Made by a program: the position numbers and the translations under genes. A DNA stretch of 64,000 nt from NCBI GenBank assembly GCA_951406725.2, contig OX597830.1:19840001-19904000 (forward strand), read 5' to 3'. Origin of the DNA: Octopus vulgaris. Taxonomy: Eukaryota. The notes under the pieces were generated by a model. The model searched no databases. It worked only from the letters and a program-made list of their open reading frames with translations, and had not been told where the DNA came from. Of this stretch, positions 55,691 through 64,000 are shown piece by piece; position 1 is the first letter of the stretch; each line of letters opens with the position of its first letter.

Positions 55691-56786
55691 CCAGGAATTT
55701 AAAATCTGAAAACAAATGCGCAGCAAGCTTTTCGAACGAAACGCTCCCTAGCAGCCCATGGTAAAAATGGCACAAAACTATATATATAATAACAATTTGC
55801 CTAGCGCCAACAGAGTTTAGCCATAAACGAACATTATGTTAGTTATATGTTTGTGGCACATTTCAACTTCTAAAGACAAATTCACTGCAGTTGCCTCAGA
55901 GAAAAAAATTCTCCGTAAAAAGGTGTAAAAACCCCATATCTCCTGGGTGCTGATGCTGCTGTAATTAATTCTGACATGGCGGTCTAATGGCACAATTTAG
56001 TCAATGTTGTGTTTTAGTTAAAGCTACGGCTTTAATTAAGTATGTTCAGAGTTGCACCTCTTCGGTATTTCCTATTGATAACGGCTAAAGAGCGAGAAAC
56101 GCGTTTGGTTATCAATCCGACAGGGGGCAACACTATACAGATGTGGTGTTTTTACAGTTTTTTACCATAAGAGAGGATTCTTTTCTCTACGGGAGCTGTA
56201 ATGAGTTTACCTTTAGAAGTTGAAATATATCACAAACGTATTTTAATTAACCGAAAATTCGTTTAAGTTAATTAAAGGTCACAATTTCCGTCTACCAAAT
56301 TCCTTGAATTAGCATGTGAGCAGTTGAGTATTCCGTAGAATACTAGACTCTCGTTCCCTTAACGTAATTCTCAGACACTGTGAGAATGACAAGACTGGCC
56401 TCTTGAAGTAAAAATGTGCATCCCACGGGCTTCATTCTACATTCATCAACACAGTTGCACTTAGAGACTTGGTTCGACTTAATAATAATTGATGCTTATA
56501 ATAATAATTATATGATATAATAATTATGTTATAATAATTGACGCTTGTTAAAATTATACTCTCAATAAGTATTGAACCCAAAGCCTCATGATAGCGAGGC
56601 AAACTTCTTAACTACTCGGTTAAGTCTGCGTTCATGTACATGCATAAAATATATTGGACAAACATAACATCCGAGTATGGTTGACCGTTGAGATAATTGC
56701 GCATTGTAATATCCTTAAGTTAAATATTTTTTTACGTATAATTAATTATAACCCATCATCTGTTTTGCTGAATTTCACTCATTTAT

Positions 56787-56847
<61 letters not shown>

Positions 56848-56880
56848 TATATGTACATATATATATACATACATATATAC

Positions 56881-56935
<55 letters not shown>

Positions 56936-57014
56936 GAATATATATATATATGTATGTACATATGTGTACGTATGTATATATATACACACATACACATATA
57001 CATACATTCACTAA

Positions 57015-57048
<34 letters not shown>

Positions 57049-57232
57049 TACATACACGCACATATTAATATGTATATACGTGTGGATATATATGTTATAT
57101 ATGTGTGTATGTATATATATATATATTCTTATATATATTATATAAATTATATATTGTATTATATATATATTTTATAGATATAAATATATGTATGTGTGTG
57201 TATATATCTATATCTATCTATCTATCTATCTA

Positions 57233-57278
<46 letters not shown>

Positions 57279-57776
57279 ATAATGTGATATATAATTTATG
57301 TATGTGCGTGTATATACATATATATATATCTAAAGGTATATACACATTGATATATTTGTGTATGTATGCATATGTATGTATCTATGTATGTATGTATATT
57401 CGTATCGTCTCTAGGAATTGCTCATGTAAATGTAATTCGTGTGTAGTATTTGCTTCTGTGTTTCTATCGATTCGGTTGCTGGTGGAGTCTTGTATCTTGT
57501 TCATTTTCAGCCAGACGTTCCGAAAGTATTTGCCAATAAGATAAATAGTGTTATAGTTTTTGTTGACAAACAATTTTTTCTCTATTAAATTATAGCTTTA
57601 TAACTGTAACTGAATTATCGTTGAAAAATGGATCCGTTTTTGTGTAGATCCATTCGCTTATTAAATATTTATAACGTTACTTTAACACTTTTACTCTGAG
57701 GGGAGTTATTTGCACAGGAAAGCTACTTAGTACAGGAAACGTGTGTGTGTGTGAATATATACATATGTGTGTATGA

Positions 57777-57824
<48 letters not shown>

Positions 57825-58086
57825 AAGTATGGCTGGCTAGATAGGTGGATGGATGTGTGTGTTAGAATGTATTTTTCATTTTTTTCCATAGAAACGTCGA
57901 GAGATATGAAATAAATAACAGTGGAACACGAAAAGAAAAGATCGAAGGCTGCCCATAGGACCCGAACTCACATCGTCTGTGTACATGACTGATGTTCTAC
58001 CATTATGCGAGCAGCCTTCGACTTTTCTGCTGTCCATGAGGTTTTGATAACCAAATTTTCTAAATGATATTATTTACAGCTTTATA

Positions 58087-58480
58087 AGGCGACGAGTTGG
58101 CAAAATCGTTTAGCACGCCGAGCAGGCTTCTGAGCGCCATTTCGTTCGTCTTTACGTTCTGAGTTCAATTTCCGTTGGGGTCGACTTTGCCTTTCATCCA
58201 TTCGAGATCTGTAAAATAAGTACCAGTTTAGCACTGGGGTCGACTTATCCCCTCTCTCAAACTTGCTGGCCTTGTGCCAAAAATTTGAAATCATTATTTA
58301 TAGTTTTATATAAGGTGGAGAACTAGCAGAAGTGTTAGCGCGCCGGAGAAAATTCTTAGAGGTATTTCGTCCGTCTTTACGTTCTGAGTTCAAACTTCCA
58401 TGAAGTCGACTTCGTTTCTCATCTTTTTGGGGTCGATAAAATAATTACTAGTTGAACACTGGTGTCGATGTAATCGTTTG
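58087..58480 (+). mobile_element. Two adjacent SINE family B copies
   Basis: Heads at about 58087 and 58312, both with GTTCTGAGTTCAA and the Meta-like domain. Confidence 0.82.
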
Positions 58481-59003
58481 TGAGAGCAGTTGAGTTTATT
58501 TCAGATATTCACATTTTAAAAATCGTCTTCGGCTAATCGTTGAGAGGACATTGGTGTTGCTTTGGTGGAGGTTTGCGCTCTCTGAGAGCATTTGTTCGGT
58601 TTTATTTCAAGATTTCTCGTCAATAGAGAAAAACCCGATTCCTAACCTAGTGTCAAGGCTCCTTCACAGGAATTTCAACAACATTGACAGAGTATTTTTG
58701 TATGTTTGTATGTATGTATGTATGTATATATACATGTATGTATGTATGTGTATGTATATGAGCAGATTTGTATGTTTTGTCTGATATATGAATTCCCATG
58801 CATATAGTTGCATATCTAGACATGCTCATACATACTTAAATGATAAACTTCTTGAATGTTTTACAGATTTTTACAGTTGCAGTGATAGCTTGGATCTGTA
58901 GACTTCGAATCAGCTTTCTCCTTTTTGCCTGTCTGTCTGTCTGTCTGTCTGTCTGTATGTATGTATGTATGTATGTATGTATGTATGTATGTATGTATGT
59001 ATG

Positions 59004-59421
59004 CTCTTTACTCTTTTACTCTTTTACTTGTTTCAGTCATTTGACTGCGGCCATGCTGGAGCACCGCCTTTAATCGAGCAACTCGACCCCGGAACTTATT
59101 CTATTGTAAGCCCAGTACTTATTCTATCGGTCTCTTTTGCCGAACTGCTAAGTGACGGAGACACAAACACACCAGCATCGGTTGTCAAGCAATGCTATGG
59201 GGACAAACACAGACACACAAACACACACACGTATACATATATATATATATACATATATACGACGGGCTTCTTTCAGTTTCCGTCTACCAAATCCACTCAC
59301 AAAGCTTTGGTCGGCCGAGGCTATAGTAGAAGACACTTGCCCAAGGTGCCACGCAGTGGGACTGAACCCGGAACCATGTGGTTGGTAGACAGGCTACTTA
59401 CCACACAGCCACTCCTGCGCC
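59004..59421 (-). mobile_element. SINE family A, full length, inside (TATG)n
   Basis: Reverse complement of the 6164-6598 sequence. Confidence 0.9.
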
Positions 59422-59629
59422 TATGTATGTATGTATGTATGTATGTATGTATGTATGTATGTATGTATGTATGTATGTATGTATGTATGATGTTACCTTG
59501 TAGTAGCGGTCGTTAGGCTTACAGCAGATACGGAGTTCGATTCTCATCGGCAATATTAACATTTTCCCGTCTTCTATATGTATTTATGCAGGTTTTTATG
59601 TATTTGTATATGTGTTGCTGAGGTATTAA

Positions 59630-59950
59630 AGGCGCTTGAGTAAATGGCTAGGATATTCGGCTTACGATAGCGTGGTTGTGAGTTCGATTCCTGACGACGC
59701 GTTGCGTCATTCAGCAACACACTTTATTTCACGCTGGTCCACTTCTCTCAGCTGGCAAAAATGAGTAGTACCTGTAATTCAAACGGCCAGTCTTATTAGA
59801 TTCCGTTTCAAGCTTGATCTCCCTGAAAAACTACGTTATGACTATGCGTGTCTGTGAAGTGCCCCGCCACTTGTCCGGGAATTTTACGAGCGGGCTGTTC
59901 CATTAAGCGGATCAGCTGGAACGTACGTCGTTGTAACCAACGGAGTACCG
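59630..59950 (+). mobile_element. Decayed tRNA/CORE-like SINE
   Basis: GAGTTCGATTCC B-box and ACACTTTATTTCACG shared with the 32926 family, but a different 3' body. Confidence 0.65.
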
Positions 59951-60198
59951 GTTTTATTTACACTTTGTGGCGTTCTCTTTGGTATACTCACACACATGCA
60001 CACGCATTAAATATGTGCATGTGTATAGGCGCAAGCGTGACTGTCTGATAAGAAGTTTGTTTCCCAGTCACACGGTTCCGGGTTCAATCTCTCTGTGTGA
60101 CACCTTGGGCAAGTGACGTCTAATATAGCTTCAGGCTGACTAATTTGGTAGGTGGAACCTAAAAGAAACCCGTCGTATGTGTATGTTTGTGTATGTAG

Positions 60199-60503
60199 AG
60201 GCACATGGCCTTATGGTTAGAGCAGCTGACTTGCAGTCGAGGGATGGCGGGTTCGAATCTCAGACGGGGCGATGTGTGTGTTTACGAACGAAACACCTAA
60301 GCTCCACGCGGTTCCGGCAGAAGGTAATGGCGAACTTCTGCTGGCTCTTTCGCCACAACTTTCTCTCGATCTTTCCTCCTGCATCTTGCAGCTCACCTGC
60401 GACGGACCGGCGTCCCGTTCAGGTGGGGAACCTATACGCCAAGGAAACCGGGAAACCGGCCCTTATGAGCCAAGCATGACTCGAGAAGGAATAATCAACA
60501 ACA
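60199..60503 (+). mobile_element. tRNA-derived SINE, family D
   Basis: TGGCCTTATGG A-box, GGTTCGAATCT B-box, 3' CCTGCGACGGACCGGCGTCCCGTTCAGG motif and (CAA)n-like tail. Confidence 0.75.
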
Positions 60504-60558
60504 ATATATAATACAATATAATATAACAAAATAATATAATATATATATGCGCATGGCG

Positions 60559-60593
<35 letters not shown>

Positions 60594-60739
60594 GCCATGC
60601 ACAATGTGTTACCGTAAAGGAAAATTATAATTGTCACTAAATGCGACCCCGGGTGTCACTTATTTCTAGCAATGTAGGTGTCTTGATACCCTTAGTCGCA
60701 TTTAGTGACAATCATATGTATATATATATATATATATAT

Positions 60740-60956
60740 ATAACATAAGGGACTAAAGCCATCTGAATATGGCTAGGGACAGGGCAGGGTGGTGGGGGTA
60801 TTACTGTTGCATTGCCGACATCGACGTCACCAGAAAGGCTCGACACCGTCACGGTGAAGGACACCGTGACGGTGTCGAGCTCGTGACGTCGATGTCGCCT
60901 GGATCACGTACCCCACCACCGTCTAGCCTATTCAGATGGCTAGTCCCTTATGTTAT
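60740..60956. repeat. 217-bp CpG-rich foldback palindrome (MITE-like)
   Basis: Nested inverted arms ATAACATAAGGGACTA/TAGTCCCTTATGTTAT, GCCATCTGAATA/TATTCAGATGGC, a 15-bp stem and a perfect 19-bp inner stem around AAGGA. Confidence 0.92.
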
Positions 60957-60987
60957 CGAGCAGTTACTGTCTATATCTCTTTTAGAG

Positions 60988-61026
<39 letters not shown>

Positions 61027-61937
61027 TGTGTGTGTGTGCATGTGTGTGTGTATGTATGTATATATGTGTGTGTCTGTGTATGTGCTCCACCTTCCGTCAC
61101 TTGTCAACCGGTGATGGTTTGTTTACGTCCTCATAACTTAGCGTTTCTGCAAAAGAGACTGATAGTCCAGTCTTAAAAACAAAAATAAGTACTGGAGTTG
61201 ATTCGTCTCGGCAAAAAAATATCTTCAAGGTGGTGCCCCAGCATGGCCGCAGTTTAACGTCTGAAACAAGTAAACGATGACATATGTCTACGTGTACGAG
61301 GGAGTAACATACAAATTTGTACCATTCAAGGCCCCATTAGGCTTCCTCCCCTTCCGTGCTCATCATTATTCCCATCATTCCCCTTCACCTCTCCCCATTC
61401 CCCTCCATCCTCACCCCCACTCTCTCTGTTATCCCCCCCCCTTTATAAAAACATTCATTATACAAACTCTGTGACCCTTAAGTAACCCTCAAATACTTCA
61501 CCAGTCCTTCGTACCACTTCAGCACTGCACTTAGCAAAACATTCCGCCAAAAACTCACTCCATCAAGCACAGATCTTCTCTTTTTCCTTTTCTCTCTCAC
61601 TCTCTCTTTCTCTTCTTTCTCTCCCTCTAGCTTCTCCTCTTCCTCTTCTCTCCCCCACCATCTCTTAAAACACATCCTCTGAATCTTCGGTATTTTTACA
61701 TAAGAATACATCTAGTTTATCAGTTTCGATTTTTATCAAAAGAACCGACAAGAACCAACAATTGGAGCTGTATTGGACCGCACAAAAAGCTCAACAGAAA
61801 TAACAAAGCCTCGATTTGGAATTATCGCGGTGTCGTCTGCCAAATTTCTTTTCTTTGTCTTGTTTTGGCGGAACTGTATCTTGATTGGTTGTGTATGTCC
61901 GATGATTTGTCTGTTTGTATTTAGTGTGTAAATGTGT

Positions 61938-61975
<38 letters not shown>

Positions 61976-62033
61976 CTATGTATATACATAATATGAGTGT
62001 ATGTGTTTGTGTTTATGTGTGCTCGATAACATT

Positions 62034-62079
<46 letters not shown>

Positions 62080-62220
62080 AGTGATTATATATATGCATGT
62101 ATATGTATATATATATATATTTGTTTATATACATATATATATGTATATATGTATGAATGTGTGTATGGTAATATTTATATACAAGTTTATGTAAACAGTT
62201 AAACGAACACACACACGCTC

Positions 62221-62269
<49 letters not shown>

Positions 62270-62404
62270 CTATACGTGTGTATATGTGTGTGTGTATGCT
62301 TTGTGTCTGTTGTTTGTATGTATACATGTGTCTTTCAACTCTCTCCCTCTACACCACTCATGCATACATACACACACATATATACACACATACATACAGA
62401 TATA

Positions 62405-62465
<61 letters not shown>

Positions 62466-62490
62466 ACACACATACATACATATATAAACA

Positions 62491-62534
<44 letters not shown>

Positions 62535-62567
62535 CATATATACATATATATATATGTATATATATAT

Positions 62568-62673
<106 letters not shown>

Positions 62674-62683
62674 CATACATATG

Positions 62684-62736
<53 letters not shown>

Positions 62737-63089
62737 CTATTGCCACGAATCATTAGACAAGACACAATAGTGACTGACGTCTTTGAAATGAAAACAAGAA
62801 AATAGATGCTGGTGGTTAAGTGTGATGGTGGTGGTGGTGGTGGTGGTGGTCACATCGTTGCTCTTACGTTTTGAATGGTGCCTAGTTATGAAGAAATGAA
62901 GGCAATGAGGATAATCATGATAATGAGGAAAGGAAGGAAGGAAGGTAGGAAGGAAGGAAGGAAGGGTAAAAGAGGAGGAAGTGAGAGAAGTAGAGGGGGA
63001 GGAAGAATAGGAGATGAGGGAAGAGGACTGAGGGAGACAGCTGATGAGTGGAAAACTTGTTGTTTAGGTCTAGGTCAGCTTTTATCGAA

Positions 63090-63790
63090 CAGACCTACGA
63101 TATCGAAGCTATGCCAGCCGTGACCATCAATCACTTTTATTTATTTTTTTTACTCTTTTGCAATGTGCAGGGTCCCTGTGACCATATTATTCAGCGCGTG
63201 ATCTTTTTGAAGTGTGATTTGAAAGAGATTTGGCTGCTATTTCTAACAGGTTTAGCGACGGCGGAGAGGGATGATATTGGTTAATGTAGATGTTGTTATT
63301 GTTATTGTTGTTGTTGTTGTTTGTTTGTTTACCCTCTAAGTTTTTAATGATCAAACTGAGCTATGACCAAAAGGCGTTCCAATCGCGACCATTTCATCTT
63401 TCTTTATTCAAACATAGTCCATTTCCATTTAAAACTACTTTCCTTATCTAATGTGTCTTCCCTTCAGCTTTTGAAATCGATAGGGTGTGATTTAAAGGAA
63501 GCTTAACTGCTCTCTTTAGCAGATCGAACGACTATTTAGAGACTCTTCTTTATTGGTTAGTGTTTAGGCCCAGATCAGCCCAGATTAAGCACGCGCACAT
63601 ACACACACACAAACATAGCATACATGCACAGACACACACACACTCTCTCATCCACACGCACACACAGTAATATATGTACGACGGGATTCTTTCAGTTTCC
63701 ATCTACCAAATCTGAACTCACAAGTTGGGAGTAATTCGAGAAAAATTGGTCGTTATTTCTGGCAGGTTGAGCGACCAAGTAGAGGTTCTT
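63090..63790. repeat. Three decayed copies of an old dispersed repeat
   Basis: Shared CCAGCCGTGACCAT.. and GTGTGATTT..GCTGCTATTTCTARCAGG..AGCGAC motifs. Reverse-orientation relatives at about 30-160, 30340-30525 and 52005-52145. Confidence 0.6.
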
Positions 63791-64000
63791 TCCTAGACTC
63801 GTGCTGGTGTAAATGTAATCTGTAGCCGCAATCATTATTGTCATCGTAATAGTCGAAGTACCGTCCCTCGTTCAATATCCACTGTCACCGCTGCTCTGTC
63901 CATTGTCAAAAACCGTCTTTAAGCTTCATCTCACAAGATCAATGCTCCCTATTTCAAACACGTGCCGTGAGGTTATTACAGTTTACCATTTGAAACAGTA

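Noticed and set aside
63041-63060. CTGATGA..GAAA hammerhead-like words (also 3657, 33869, 48898)
   Set aside because: No supporting stems I-III.

Overview
A repeat-saturated eukaryotic window with no intact protein-coding gene that I can support. It is very probably from a cephalopod (Octopus-like), inferred from the SINE families and the extreme microsatellite density. Almost every ORF in the supplied track is a translated microsatellite. The real content is: (1) several tRNA-headed SINE families in many copies; (2) a decayed Penelope-like element (RT plus C-terminal GIY-YIG) at about 5.5-8.7 kb; (3) about ten minimal type-I hammerhead ribozyme motifs in probable Penelope pLTR remnants, with complete core and stems at 18834-18884 and 55605-55690 and a near-canonical variant at 28535-28584; (4) four distinct R4/Dong-type RLE-LINE 3' fragments at (TAA)n tracts, accompanied by four copies of a ~556-bp non-coding element with fixed ends that also sits in (TAA)n; (5) Tx1/L1 and RTE fragments, several Tc1/mariner relics, a piggyBac-type MITE and a non-autonomous Helitron; (6) a 217-bp CpG-rich foldback with a 'rabbit-ear' core at 60740-60956; (7) a few unique islands with promoter-like or first-exon-like motifs. 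All calls were made by eye, and boundaries of decayed elements are approximate.
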